Source of the DNA: a virus
Taxonomy: Duplodnaviria; Heunggongvirae; Uroviricota; Caudoviricetes
Length of the DNA stretch: 64,000 bases
Direction: 5' to 3' (one strand)
Virus record (IMG/VR): IMGVR_UViG_3300027963_000034
Span: 186,552-250,551 of that record
Positions 27,990 to 38,031 of this stretch are shown here, piece by piece; the first letter of the stretch is position 1; every line of letters begins with the position of its first letter. A program made the translations under genes and the position numbers. The notes under the pieces were generated by a model, which worked only from the letters and a program-made list of their open reading frames with translations, was not told the origin of the DNA and did no database searches.

Positions 27990-28310
27990 TTATATTAATT
28001 CCATTATTGTTTTCAATTCATTCAACATCCCATCTGCCGTTTTTATATTACTTAATCGTATCTGGTCCTTATCTATTACTAATCCCTCTTGTATAATTTG
28101 AACCGAATACATCCCCAATTCATTTTTTTCTTTGTTTATTCTTATTATACGAAATATTGTATCAAAGATGCCCAGCTTTCTTAATACTACAATATCATAC
28201 ACACCAGGCATTTCAGCTACATCATCCACTATCCAATGTTGGTTTGCTCCGTTTTTAGATACTACAATGGTTTCTGCTACTAATTTATATTGATTCTTTA
28301 TTGTCAACAT
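27990..28310 (-). CDS. MLTIKN-family protein
   Basis: Starts MLTIKNQYKLVAE. Confidence 0.45.
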   Translation of the reverse strand: MLTIKNQYKLVAETIVVSKNGANQHWIVDDVAEMPGVYDIVVLRKLGIFDTIFRIIRINKEKNELGMYSVQIIQEGLVIDKDQIRLSNIKTADGMLNELKTIMELI

Positions 28311-28655
28311 TTATATTGCATTTAATATTCGCTCAATTGCATCCCTAAATTTTTCGGGTGTGTTTAACCTTTCTTTTGTATAATAAAATAGTAATCCATC
28401 AATTTCAATTCCATAAATATAACAACTCATATTTTGAATGTAATCCGTACTCAAACGCCCCTTTTTATGTAGGGTTATATTTTTTCTTAGCAAATGTGGT
28501 GGTGCTACCTCTCTTATTGAAAAATGTGTAACCTCACTGGTAGTATTATCCCAACCTTTGAAATACCATCCTTTGCCTTTTACATTTAAGGAATACCCAT
28601 TAATTTTTTCTATGTTTTTAAGTATTAGCATATCAATCTTTTTATTTGTGCACAA
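28311..28655 (-). CDS. hypothetical protein
   Basis: 114-aa ORF abutting the family array. Confidence 0.4.
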   Translation of the reverse strand: MCTNKKIDMLILKNIEKINGYSLNVKGKGWYFKGWDNTTSEVTHFSIREVAPPHLLRKNITLHKKGRLSTDYIQNMSCYIYGIEIDGLLFYYTKERLNTPEKFRDAIERILNAI

Positions 28656-28894
28656 AAGGTATCTATGTTTTGTATGTCTGAAAATTTCAAATACAAAGAA
28701 TAGTTACCATGTGATATTGTATATTTACCTCGTCTACCTTTAACACGATTAAGTTTTAAGTCTCTATGTTGTCCGTTATTGACATCCGTTAATGAAATAT
28801 GATATACCATATGCCCACATATCATACATCTCACATGAAAGGTATTATTTATTGGGTATCTCATTATTTTATCTAGATTATTTATTGTTAGCAT
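28625..28894 (-). CDS. MLTIKN-family protein (Cys/His-containing variant)
   Basis: Starts MLTINNLDKIM. Contains a CMICGH motif. Confidence 0.4.
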   Translation of the reverse strand: MLTINNLDKIMRYPINNTFHVRCMICGHMVYHISLTDVNNGQHRDLKLNRVKGRRGKYTISHGNYSLYLKFSDIQNIDTFCAQIKRLIC

Positions 28895-29450
28895 TCTTAT
28901 CTTTTAAATCATCAATTTGTTTTTGTAAATCTTTTATTGCTACTAACATTGAACTTGGTAAATTAGTATTCGGGTCCCATACAATATTATTTGCATTACT
29001 ATTTATTGTATTGAATAACCCACCACCTGTTCCTGTTACCGTCAACTTTCCATACTTATTTGGATTGATTGTACTACCATAAGAACTATTATTGACTATT
29101 GAATGACTACTTGCAGTTACGCCGGCAGTTGTCAATCGCATAGCTAATATTTTGTCAATCATTTCCTCAAATGTATTTCTGAAAATTGAAATAGATGCCA
29201 TTCTTTGTTTATCTACTGAATTTATTGTAGAACGATTTTCGTCATCCTTCAAAATAATACTAAAAACATCATCTTGTTTGAATTTATGTTTAGGTGTTAA
29301 TACACTCAATTCCCACTTTGGTTTTTGTGGCAAGTTTAAGTTTAATATTGTTGCTTCATAACTTGTTTCATCTGCATTATGTATTGGATTGACAATTGTA
29401 AATCCTTTGTATGTAAATCCACTTATTTTTTCCCAACCTTTAATTTTCAT
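28878..29450 (-). CDS. hypothetical protein with C-terminal coiled coil
   Basis: 190 aa, ends DLQKQIDDLKDKNANNK. Confidence 0.45.
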   Translation of the reverse strand: MKIKGWEKISGFTYKGFTIVNPIHNADETSYEATILNLNLPQKPKWELSVLTPKHKFKQDDVFSIILKDDENRSTINSVDKQRMASISIFRNTFEEMIDKILAMRLTTAGVTASSHSIVNNSSYGSTINPNKYGKLTVTGTGGGLFNTINSNANNIVWDPNTNLPSSMLVAIKDLQKQIDDLKDKNANNK

Positions 29451-29451
29451 A

Positions 29452-29895
29452 TTAAGATACTTTTTCGTTTACCCACTCAATCATTTTGTTTATTAACTTG
29501 CTCCTATCTTTTATCAATTCAATAGAAAATTCATCAATCGTCATCTTACCAGATTTTAATATGGTAACTTCAACTTTGTTATTTTTTATCTCATCCTCTA
29601 TTTGAAATATGGTAGCATCATTATTGTAATCTTTATGAGCTTCAAATTCATAAAACCAACATCCGACATTGTGATAATCTTTTGTTTTAGATTTGAGTCC
29701 GATATAGTTTATAGTAATCGTTGACTTATCCAAACATAAATTTTTTGTGTTAATCTTTTCAGGATTACTTATTTTCAAATTTGTTATTTTCATTTTGTTA
29801 TTATTTAGTGCACATGATAAATGGTCATATCCATCTAGATAATCATAATCGATATCCGATGTATCTTTACCACAATAACGACAAGTCCAACTCAT
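29452..29895 (-). CDS. hypothetical protein, N-terminal Cys pair
   Basis: MSWTCRYCGKD...LSCAL suggests a small zinc-ribbon. 147 aa. Confidence 0.4.
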   Translation of the reverse strand: MSWTCRYCGKDTSDIDYDYLDGYDHLSCALNNNKMKITNLKISNPEKINTKNLCLDKSTITINYIGLKSKTKDYHNVGCWFYEFEAHKDYNNDATIFQIEDEIKNNKVEVTILKSGKMTIDEFSIELIKDRSKLINKMIEWVNEKVS

Positions 29896-30203
29896 TACTT
29901 TCTTTTCTTTTTTGGTTTGATATATAAATTTATACCAATACCATTTTCCTCACCCCATGCCAAATCATATGAACTATAAAGATATACTCTATGATGTTTT
30001 TTATCAATGATTGCTTTGTCAACATAAATCATTTGATATTTTTCAGTTTCTAAATCTTCTAATCTTTTTTTATGATTTGCTTTACTCCATTCAATATAAT
30101 CACTAAATTGATTATGTAATATGGTATCTTTTTTTAGATATTGTGCATTAACAAAACATGCCCACAATAAACTTAATAATAAAATTGCTATTACTTTTTT
30201 CAT
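29895..30203 (-). CDS. secreted hypothetical protein
   Basis: Signal peptide MKKVIAILLLSLLWACFVNAQ. Confidence 0.45.
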   Translation of the reverse strand: MKKVIAILLLSLLWACFVNAQYLKKDTILHNQFSDYIEWSKANHKKRLEDLETEKYQMIYVDKAIIDKKHHRVYLYSSYDLAWGEENGIGINLYIKPKKKRK

Positions 30204-30213
30204 ACATTATCTT

Positions 30214-30642
30214 TTATTCATGTCCACCCAAATCAAATTCATCTTCCCATTCTTTTGTTGTTTTGGGTTTTCTTTTTCTTGTTTTTACAAAAGGTTCTTT
30301 GGTTTTAATTCCGTTGAATTGTTTTGGGTTTTGTTTTTTTCCACTTTTTTCTTGTATCCAATTATGCATAAAATCAATAGCCTGTGTTTCACTTTCTGCT
30401 TTATGTTCTCTTTGATAATCAGTTTGTGTTTTTGGTTTACTACCAATTGAACCCATTGTATCATTGTTTACTGAACTTGTTGGGTATAAAATTGGATAGG
30501 CCGATGATGTATATTCCAAATCATAATACCCACCATCTTTTTTAATTTGATTGATTGTTCGGTTTGCACCTTGTTTTGCACCTACCATAAATGCAACGCA
30601 CCATATAATAATCAATACGATTAATGTTATTATTAATTCCAT
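30214..30642 (-). CDS. membrane-anchored hypothetical protein
   Basis: N-terminal TM segment MELIITLIVLIIIWCVAFMVGA. Confidence 0.45.
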   Translation of the reverse strand: MELIITLIVLIIIWCVAFMVGAKQGANRTINQIKKDGGYYDLEYTSSAYPILYPTSSVNNDTMGSIGSKPKTQTDYQREHKAESETQAIDFMHNWIQEKSGKKQNPKQFNGIKTKEPFVKTRKRKPKTTKEWEDEFDLGGHE

Positions 30643-30645
30643 AAC

Positions 30646-31341
30646 TTATTTATTTAGTTTCTTTAAAATTGCTGTTTTCTTTTTGTTTAGTGTTTGTATT
30701 CTAATACTATTATACCACTTACCCATATTTCCAGATGGTTGTCTATTTTCCCAATATAATATTTGTTGATTTACTTCTTTTAGCTTTTTATATAACGCCA
30801 TATTTAAAACTTTTATAAATTTAGATATTCCTTTATTGTGATTTTTTTCCCAATCATCATGGTCACCAGAATCACTAATCCACTTATAACTTACAAAATC
30901 AAAATGGTTTAATTTACATACTTTTGCTATTGAGTATGATTCCATATCATGTATACCAATTGGGTTTGTAATAAATTGGTCCGTAGTTATACATTCGAAT
31001 CCATTTTCAATTTTTTCATAATCAAAATCAATACATTCCGTATTCCACAATATAGTTTCAAAAGGGGTTTGACCTAATTCACTCAAAGGTCTACAATCAA
31101 TATCACCTTGTTTAAATTTATCACATCTATATAACTTGTTTCTATATTCTTTTGGTCCTCCTGCTGACCCATAATTGATTACCATTGTTTCATTCGGGTC
31201 ATATTCATTTAAAACTTTTGTTGCTATAATTGCAGAATTTACTTTACCAACACCCGTATAATAAACATCAATATTCAATTCCGCTGGTATTAATTCTTTT
31301 GGTAATTCATTTTCCAATGCTACAAATAAGACTGTTTTCAT
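30646..31341 (-). CDS. nucleoside phosphorylase family-1 protein (MTA/SAH nucleosidase-like)
   Basis: MKTVLFVALENEL, YTGVGKVNSAI, YGSAGG and HDMESYSIAKVC parallel the MTAN/PNP_UDP_1 blocks (GIGKVNAA, GxAGG, DMEsaAiAQVc). Confidence 0.55.
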   Translation of the reverse strand: MKTVLFVALENELPKELIPAELNIDVYYTGVGKVNSAIIATKVLNEYDPNETMVINYGSAGGPKEYRNKLYRCDKFKQGDIDCRPLSELGQTPFETILWNTECIDFDYEKIENGFECITTDQFITNPIGIHDMESYSIAKVCKLNHFDFVSYKWISDSGDHDDWEKNHNKGISKFIKVLNMALYKKLKEVNQQILYWENRQPSGNMGKWYNSIRIQTLNKKKTAILKKLNK

Positions 31342-31342
31342 A

Positions 31343-31531
31343 CTATTTTTGTTTTTGTATCGTCAGATAGTAATTCCATTTTAACCAACTTATTGCTATT
31401 CCAAATGCCGGGGTAAATATTCCTTTACTCAAAAAATATTGTTTACTATACCATACTTTAATAAAAGGTAATATATTAACTACATCTTTATTTAATTGTG
31501 TTGAATTGTTTGCTATAAACCATTTTTTCAT
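31343..31531 (-). CDS. hypothetical small protein
   Basis: 62-aa ORF. Confidence 0.3.
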   Translation of the reverse strand: MKKWFIANNSTQLNKDVVNILPFIKVWYSKQYFLSKGIFTPAFGIAISWLKWNYYLTIQKQK

Positions 31532-31725
31532 TTTTCTAAATTTTGTTTTGTTTTTTTAATTGTTTCATTTTGAGCTTCTACTTTTGCTCGATACATCATA
31601 CGAATTATCATTCCCAATTGCTCATTGGTAGTATCGTCATCCATTATAATTTCTTTACGAATAGTCAGGGTTTCTTTAGCTTCCTCAGCCCATTCTATTA
31701 TTTGTTTTGCGTATCTCTTATCCAT
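31528..31725 (-). CDS. hypothetical small protein
   Basis: 65-aa ORF. Confidence 0.3.
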   Translation of the reverse strand: MDKRYAKQIIEWAEEAKETLTIRKEIIMDDDTTNEQLGMIIRMMYRAKVEAQNETIKKTKQNLEK

Positions 31726-32264
31726 TATATATCGGTTGGTAGTATTGTTGTTTTATGTGCTTCATCTCCAAATATACGGAAACTTTTTACAATTCCCAAA
31801 TCTGTTATTGTTACTGCTTCGACTTCAATTCCCCACCTTACTACATATTCTTTTACTTTGTTAGTTATTGTTTCGTTTACATCCACTAAGCCATCCCATG
31901 TTGTTAACTCCACTACATCTCTAATCATTCCCTGTGTCGTATCAATTAAGACATCGTTTGCGTGCATTACACTTAATAAATAAGTTCTAATATTACTTAC
32001 TCTATATCTGATAATTGATTTTAATACGATACTTTGTTCGTCCAATGTAGTTAGTGTTTGTGAGGGTAAATTGACTGACTGAGTAATAACAGGACATTCA
32101 ATAACGGAGTCAAAAAATGGTATCTTAAAATGAATACCAGGATATAATACTTTTATAAACTTTCCATATCTTAATTGTACTGCACCATTCCATTGTTCTA
32201 CAATAACAAATGGCAACATATCCATACCAAACCTAACTAATAGGTCTACTAACTTATCTAACAT
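31725..32264 (-). CDS. SPFH/Band-7 (stomatin/prohibitin-like) domain protein
   Basis: VEQWNGAVQLRYGKFIKVLYPGIHFKIPFFDSV matches the SPFH N-terminal block (r.G....pGlhf.iPfid.v). Confidence 0.65.
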   Translation of the reverse strand: MLDKLVDLLVRFGMDMLPFVIVEQWNGAVQLRYGKFIKVLYPGIHFKIPFFDSVIECPVITQSVNLPSQTLTTLDEQSIVLKSIIRYRVSNIRTYLLSVMHANDVLIDTTQGMIRDVVELTTWDGLVDVNETITNKVKEYVVRWGIEVEAVTITDLGIVKSFRIFGDEAHKTTILPTDI

Positions 32265-32282
32265 AACTTCTTTTTAATACTT

Positions 32283-32314
32283 AAATATACAACAAATTTT
32301 TGACATTACCAAAT
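32283..32314 (-). promoter_or_regulatory. conserved phage promoter motif (sigma-A-like), upstream of the SPFH gene
   Basis: aaatatacaac-N12-attaccaaat. Confidence 0.45.
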
Positions 32315-32464
32315 AAAAATGGGATACCTCAATTAAGAGACATCCCACTTCACATGGTATGCAAGAATTTTATGTATGTTTACGATAATTTTTCTTTTTT
32401 AATTGTTCACTTCTCGTTTTCTTTGCAATCTTTTTACGATTAGCAGATTTTGTTTCTCTTTTTG

Positions 32465-33403
32465 TCATATTAATTTTTTATAAGAATAAGTATCAATCAT
32501 TTCAAATAATTCATTAGATATAACTCCGAGTCCTAATTCATTCGGGTGACCATCTTCTATATGATAATCACTTTTTATTTTTAATTTATTTTGCAATTCT
32601 AAAAAATCTTTGTATTCTTTTTTCTTATTAAAGAATTTAGAAAATATTGAAATAAAATTTTTATTATTATAATGTGGTTGGTCAAATACAAATTCATTTT
32701 TTATATCTGAATTAATTAAACTATTTAATTTTTGAGCCATACTATTAATATCCGAATACAATCCATAAAATTTTTCAGAATCAATGTGTTCTCGCAAATC
32801 CCATTCAGTATTTTTAAATTCATTTTCAACCAATGGTGTAAATGCCATAAAAGAATAGAAATCAATATTATGGTTTTTAAAATATTCTTGTAATAAAATA
32901 ATTTGAACCTGTGTTGTATATTGATACAATTCTTTTTTCATTATTTTATCAATGAACTTAAAATAAGTTTTTGATAAAATTTTATCTTCTCCAAAATGCA
33001 CATATGGTATATTTGTTACATTGAATGGTCTAAATATTTTATGTATTGGACTAAAATCTCTTATTTGTGAGGACCAACCTATTATAACTTTTATTTCAGC
33101 ACATCCTAATTCTTTTATTTTGCATTTATCAAATTCATAATCTTCATATAAAGACATCATTAATAAACATTGTTCAAATATTTCAACATTTGAACCACCA
33201 TCCCAAGAAATATTTAAAACCATATCATAGTTTAATTTTTCTGCCAATTGATATGACCAAGTCTTTTTAGGATAAGTTCTATAATTTTGTAAGTAAGTGT
33301 TATTTGTCCAACTATCGCCAAATACAATTAATATTTTTTTATTTTTAAAAATATCATTTTCTATTGCTATCTTTACCGATTCTTTACTATCTAAATAAAT
33401 CAT
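32465..33403 (-). CDS. SGNH/GDSL-family hydrolase, paralog 5 of 5
   Basis: KILIVFGDSWTNNTY near the N-terminus. 312 aa. Confidence 0.55.
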   Translation of the reverse strand: MIYLDSKESVKIAIENDIFKNKKILIVFGDSWTNNTYLQNYRTYPKKTWSYQLAEKLNYDMVLNISWDGGSNVEIFEQCLLMMSLYEDYEFDKCKIKELGCAEIKVIIGWSSQIRDFSPIHKIFRPFNVTNIPYVHFGEDKILSKTYFKFIDKIMKKELYQYTTQVQIILLQEYFKNHNIDFYSFMAFTPLVENEFKNTEWDLREHIDSEKFYGLYSDINSMAQKLNSLINSDIKNEFVFDQPHYNNKNFISIFSKFFNKKKEYKDFLELQNKLKIKSDYHIEDGHPNELGLGVISNELFEMIDTYSYKKLI

Positions 33404-33653
33404 TTATATTTTCATTTTGTTCACCAATAATACACAATATATCATTTACATTTACTTGACTCCCATTTTGTCCTCCCTGGTATAAAAGATATCCTTTCCA
33501 ATAACTTTCTAAGTCCATAGCCGCTTTATCAGTTTCTATTTCAACAATTGGGTCATCAATTTTTATTTGGTCTCCAATTTGTTTATACCATTGTAAAATT
33601 ATACCTTGCTCCATTGTATCGGTTAATCTGGGCATTCTTATTACTTCCGCCAT
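33387..33653 (-). CDS. stand-alone lipoyl-attachment domain protein
   Basis: DPIVEIETDKAAMDLES contains the E-T-D-K-A lipoyl-lysine signature of E2/lipoyl domains. Start is probably MAEVIRMP (33653); the track ORF begins 14 codons further upstream. Confidence 0.55.
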   Translation of the reverse strand: MAEVIRMPRLTDTMEQGIILQWYKQIGDQIKIDDPIVEIETDKAAMDLESYWKGYLLYQGGQNGSQVNVNDILCIIGEQNENINDLFR

Positions 33654-33657
33654 AATA

Positions 33658-34779
33658 TTAATATTCAAAATTACCTGCTTGAATGTCCAACGCAAGTTTA
33701 TAATTATGTTCTAATTTGTCTAATTGTGTTTCATAAAAATTATCAAACTCTCCATTGTTTATTCTGTCTAATAAATCAAAATAAGGTTTATAATATGCAT
33801 CATTATTTTCATTACCAGGATAATATGAATTATATTGAGCTTCTCTTATTCCCAACTCGTCAACAAATGTATAAAATCCCATTTTTTCTAAAAAGTTAAT
33901 ATGATTTATACCATTTACCAAAATAGGAATTGTCTTTGTTATGAATGGAAATAAACTTTTTTCAGTAAAAACACCATCGGTTCCTGTATTTGATTCAACA
34001 ACTAAATTAAATTTAGACATACTTAATAAACATATGTTGGTAAACATAAATTGACTTCCGGTAAATTGTGCATGAAATTTTATAGGTTCAACAACTTCAT
34101 GTGACGAATATGGAAACTTTATATCATCCCTTTCATAAAATTCCAATTCTTTTGTTTCATCTCTCTCACCTTTTGCTGTTAAATTAGCATTAAAATAATT
34201 AACTAAAAAGTTTTTATTTTGAAATGACTTTATTTTTTTGAAAAAATCATATCTTCTTGGGTGTCCTCTTCTTACTAAATGTGATAATAAAAATGGCCTA
34301 TAATTTTGTTCTAAAATTCTTTGAAACTTATCCCATTGATAAATCATTAGACCATCGTACATTGATTTTGAATATAATCTTGTACCAACTTCATGCCATA
34401 TATAAGGTATAACAAAGATATAGTTATCATTATTGTATATATCTTCAAAATCACTTGCACATGTTTCAGTTGGATTAATAAATATTATTTTTTTATTATG
34501 TATATTATTTCTATTAAGTTGTAAAAAAAATATTCTTATTAAATTTGTAGATTCATCTTTATTAAATTTAAAAATATAAATTTTATGAGTTTCGGTTTCA
34601 TCCCAAAGTAATAGCTCCGAAACATCTTCAAACCCCATATCTTTTATTTTTTGTTCTAATTCATCAATTGTATCGTATGTTAAATGTTTAAATTGAGAAT
34701 GATTATTCAGTCTTTGTTTTAAATTTTCAGCATCAGGTGGTCCAGATGTCCAAACCGGGTCAAATAATTTTGTTTTCAT
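33658..34779 (-). CDS. hypothetical protein
   Basis: 373-aa ORF. No motif recognised. Confidence 0.45.
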   Translation of the reverse strand: MKTKLFDPVWTSGPPDAENLKQRLNNHSQFKHLTYDTIDELEQKIKDMGFEDVSELLLWDETETHKIYIFKFNKDESTNLIRIFFLQLNRNNIHNKKIIFINPTETCASDFEDIYNNDNYIFVIPYIWHEVGTRLYSKSMYDGLMIYQWDKFQRILEQNYRPFLLSHLVRRGHPRRYDFFKKIKSFQNKNFLVNYFNANLTAKGERDETKELEFYERDDIKFPYSSHEVVEPIKFHAQFTGSQFMFTNICLLSMSKFNLVVESNTGTDGVFTEKSLFPFITKTIPILVNGINHINFLEKMGFYTFVDELGIREAQYNSYYPGNENNDAYYKPYFDLLDRINNGEFDNFYETQLDKLEHNYKLALDIQAGNFEY

Positions 34780-35359
34780 TTATTGGTTTTTTTGTATCAA
34801 AAACTATTATAATTCTATGATAGAATGATATATTAATATGTGTATGTGGATTTTTTCCTATTTCCCAACATTCATTTTCATGTATTCTATACATTTTATT
34901 ATTTGGTGAAAAATCTTCAAACCATTCGTCTAAATGCAATTGCTGAATAGATGTTACTGATTTAAAATCATAAGAATATTGTTGTAAATATTGGTTATAA
35001 TCATTTAAACGTGGACCATCGTGTGTAATATCTGCTTCTAAATTTATAGAATTTTCACTTGAATTTATTGGTAAGATATATCTATTAACTGCCCCATCTA
35101 TATGAAATCCGGTCAATGAAAACGGACAATATATTACTATTTGCAAATGTGTAAGTTCAAATTTATTTGAAATATATTGTTTAAATAAATCAAATTCTTT
35201 TAAACAGGATGTATCTTTATCCAATAAATCATATATTCTAATACATTCTGGATTAAATTCACGTCTTTTAAAATTACTATCTATTAATTCAATAGAATTT
35301 TTTAATTCATTTTTTAATTCTAAAAAATTAGATACTGAAACTGATTCTATTTTTCTCAT
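34760..35359 (-). CDS. hypothetical protein (possible cupin/oxygenase-like His cluster)
   Basis: FHIDGA ... PHTHINIS His-containing blocks. 199 aa. Assignment is weak. Confidence 0.35.
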   Translation of the reverse strand: MRKIESVSVSNFLELKNELKNSIELIDSNFKRREFNPECIRIYDLLDKDTSCLKEFDLFKQYISNKFELTHLQIVIYCPFSLTGFHIDGAVNRYILPINSSENSINLEADITHDGPRLNDYNQYLQQYSYDFKSVTSIQQLHLDEWFEDFSPNNKMYRIHENECWEIGKNPHTHINISFYHRIIIVFDTKKPINENKII

Positions 35360-35571
35360 GGTATTATTTCTAAATCTTCAATCTTATTCACAAATAAATA
35401 TTCCATTGTTTGATTAAATTTCAATATTTTTTCAACCCCATAATATTGTTTTAATGTATCTGCAGATTCTCCTGCTACTTCTTTTGTAAATCTTTGTATT
35501 GGTAATTTTTTTACTATTTCATATAAATCATCACCAACTTTAACTAATTCCATTTTTCTTATCATTTCCAA
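35356..35571 (-). CDS. hypothetical small protein
   Basis: 71-aa ORF. Confidence 0.35.
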   Translation of the reverse strand: MEMIRKMELVKVGDDLYEIVKKLPIQRFTKEVAGESADTLKQYYGVEKILKFNQTMEYLFVNKIEDLEIIP

Positions 35572-35903
35572 AACATTTGTATCATTAAAATTGAAAATGC
35601 CAATATCAAACAGGTAATAGTTTTATATGTAATTGGCTCTTTGAATAGAATACTACTCATTAAACTAAATACAAATACACCTATTACAAATCCAATTAAA
35701 CGGGATGGCCACAATTCACCATTATAATGGTCAACTATCGCTCCGACTGATTTTATAAATAGCCAACTAATAGGAATTGATACGAGTAATATTATAATTG
35801 GATATTTTTTATTCCAATCATATTTTATCCCACCTTGTAATTGTAGGAATGTGAGCATTTGTGCAATAACACCATAGAGTGCACCTATAAGTAACTTATT
35901 CAT
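35562..35903 (-). CDS. integral membrane protein
   Basis: 113 aa with 3-4 predicted TM helices. Confidence 0.45.
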   Translation of the reverse strand: MNKLLIGALYGVIAQMLTFLQLQGGIKYDWNKKYPIIILLVSIPISWLFIKSVGAIVDHYNGELWPSRLIGFVIGVFVFSLMSSILFKEPITYKTITCLILAFSILMIQMFWK

Positions 35904-35917
35904 TTTTTTCTTTTTAA

Positions 35918-36104
35918 TTAATAATCATCATCTTCAAAAGATAATGCATCTGCGTGTGCGTCATCTTCGTAAATTTCATCTTCAATCAATTCTAATTTTT
36001 CATAAACATCATCAATTAATGGATGCGTTATACCATCTCTATCTATTGATTTTAGATTTTCTTTGATTTGATTTACTAATTTTAATATTTGTTGTTTCAT
36101 TTTT
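35918..36104 (-). CDS. small acidic protein
   Basis: C-terminal EDEIYEDDAHADALSFEDDDY. The track ORF extends to 36145, but that overlaps the upstream gene in another frame, so the start is probably the internal Met (MKQQ). Confidence 0.3.
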
Positions 36105-36407
36105 TTGGTTTTCAATAAGTATATACAAATCACGAATTTTAGCACATTGTTCGTATTCCTCTATTGATAAAAAATATTCCATAGATTTATCTAGTGTTAA
36201 TTTTGCACTTTCTTTTTTAAGAATGAATACAATATTATCGGATAAATTTGATACCATTATAGCTTGAATAGTATCTAGATTTTCTTTTATCAATCGTTCA
36301 GCATATCTTACTAATTCTGAAAAAATGATATATCTATTTTGTTCTAACCATTTAGAAACTGATTGATTTCCTAAATCAATATGTAGTATAATTGGTGTAT
36401 CTTTCAT
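36039..36407 (-). CDS. hypothetical protein
   Basis: 122-aa ORF. Confidence 0.4.
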   Translation of the reverse strand: MKDTPIILHIDLGNQSVSKWLEQNRYIIFSELVRYAERLIKENLDTIQAIMVSNLSDNIVFILKKESAKLTLDKSMEYFLSIEEYEQCAKIRDLYILIENQKNETTNIKISKSNQRKSKINR

Positions 36408-36905
36408 CTACAATAAATATTCCAAACCAATTATATTAGGTCTTTTTAATTGAATATCTATTTCGGATTTTGTTGTTCCAACTTTACATTGTTTTTTATA
36501 CCACCAGTATAAATCTTCTAATGTACCTTTACCTCTACTTCGTTCCATTGCTTTATCCCACAAGTCTTTGCCAAATTCTTTTTTTAATTCCATTTGTAGT
36601 TTCCACAATATAGTTTGTTCATCTTTATTGGCTTCTAATTCCAATTTAATTGCCTTTAATCGTTTCATTCTACTGGCCTCCAAAGATGCTTCAATTCTAT
36701 TTTTTTCATCAGTACCGCCATAATTAGTATAAGTTTGTTCATATACTTTTTTAGCAGATTCTCTTACATCCAATGCTTCTTTAAACATATAAGAATAATC
36801 AAAGTCACCATTTCTTATTTTCAATAATAAAGGTGCTTCTGCTTTAAGCGGTTTATTCACTCTACCCTTTGTCCACCATCTAAATTTATTGTATGACATA
36901 ACCAA
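36408..36905 (-). CDS. hypothetical protein
   Basis: 165-aa basic/coiled protein. Confidence 0.45.
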   Translation of the reverse strand: MVMSYNKFRWWTKGRVNKPLKAEAPLLLKIRNGDFDYSYMFKEALDVRESAKKVYEQTYTNYGGTDEKNRIEASLEASRMKRLKAIKLELEANKDEQTILWKLQMELKKEFGKDLWDKAMERSRGKGTLEDLYWWYKKQCKVGTTKSEIDIQLKRPNIIGLEYLL

Positions 36906-38031
36906 ATTTATTTACTCTTTTAAACATTCCTTTATTGTTAATAAAAAATGCATTTAAATCACTATTAACATCATAAAAATCCAAATCACCGTCTCCGTCA
37001 ATATCTTTAATTACATATAGTGGGTTATTTGGTTGTTGATATTGTAACCATTCTGGTAAAACTCCTGATGTTAATTCATATTCATTTTTTCCATTGTTTT
37101 TATAATAAAGATAATAGTGTTTATTTTCAAAAACTTGACCACCCACATTTTCTTTCTGGCATACAAAAATAATATCTTTAAATCCGTCATTATCAAAATC
37201 TCCGGCGATTGTATTATTGATACCAAGTCCTTTTGGTATCAATAATGTTGTTTTTTGTTTATTGTTTAAGAAATTCCAAACAATAGTAGGTGAGCCATAT
37301 GCAGATGTTATCGCATCCATGTTACTATCCCCATCCAAATCGGAAAAAAACAAACCAGAATTTGTTACGTTTGGTAAATTATTTATAGGTAATTTATCAA
37401 AAAATTTTCCATTAAATTTAAAATAATTGTCATTATGTGGAAAATCCATTCTAACTAAATCCGCTTTTTTATCTCCATCCAAATCTGCGGATGTCAATGC
37501 GTATGAGTTCCATAAAATTTTATCTAAAATAACAGAATCACCGGTTAATCCGTTTTTACTATTCCACCATACAACCAAATCAGTTTTAGTAGGTAATGGG
37601 TCTATATCATAAAATTCAGGACCATTATCAAATTCTGCAATATCAATATAACCATCACCATTAAAATCACCAGTTGTAACTGCACTACCACCTTTCCACA
37701 AATTATTTATTTCTTTTATTTGATTATCATCTAATATTACTATTGGATTCAATCTATTGTAAGTGTATGTGTTGCCATTTCTTATACCAACTTTTTTACA
37801 AATGATTATATCGTACTTACCATTTGAATTGTAATCAAATAAAATGGGAGAACTTACGTCGACTCCCATTTTTCTAATTTCGTTTTCACTATATATAAAT
37901 TCTTTAAATTTTACATTTGTTGATGTATCATTTATTTGAGTAATTGGATTGTTCACTTGCGGATTCATTGGTATTATCAATTCCTTTTTGCAAGATGTCA
38001 TCAATATCACTATTACTAATAACCATTTCAT
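36886..38031 (-). CDS. secreted lipoprotein with FG-GAP/VCBS-type repeats
   Basis: Lipobox-like N-terminus MKWLLVIVILMTSCKK. Repeated DxDGDGxxD-type blocks (GDFNGDGYIDIA, DLDGDKKADLV, DLDGDSNMDAI, GDFDNDGFKDII, DIDGDGDLDFYD). Confidence 0.6.
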   Translation of the reverse strand: MKWLLVIVILMTSCKKELIIPMNPQVNNPITQINDTSTNVKFKEFIYSENEIRKMGVDVSSPILFDYNSNGKYDIIICKKVGIRNGNTYTYNRLNPIVILDDNQIKEINNLWKGGSAVTTGDFNGDGYIDIAEFDNGPEFYDIDPLPTKTDLVVWWNSKNGLTGDSVILDKILWNSYALTSADLDGDKKADLVRMDFPHNDNYFKFNGKFFDKLPINNLPNVTNSGLFFSDLDGDSNMDAITSAYGSPTIVWNFLNNKQKTTLLIPKGLGINNTIAGDFDNDGFKDIIFVCQKENVGGQVFENKHYYLYYKNNGKNEYELTSGVLPEWLQYQQPNNPLYVIKDIDGDGDLDFYDVNSDLNAFFINNKGMFKRVNKFGYVIQ

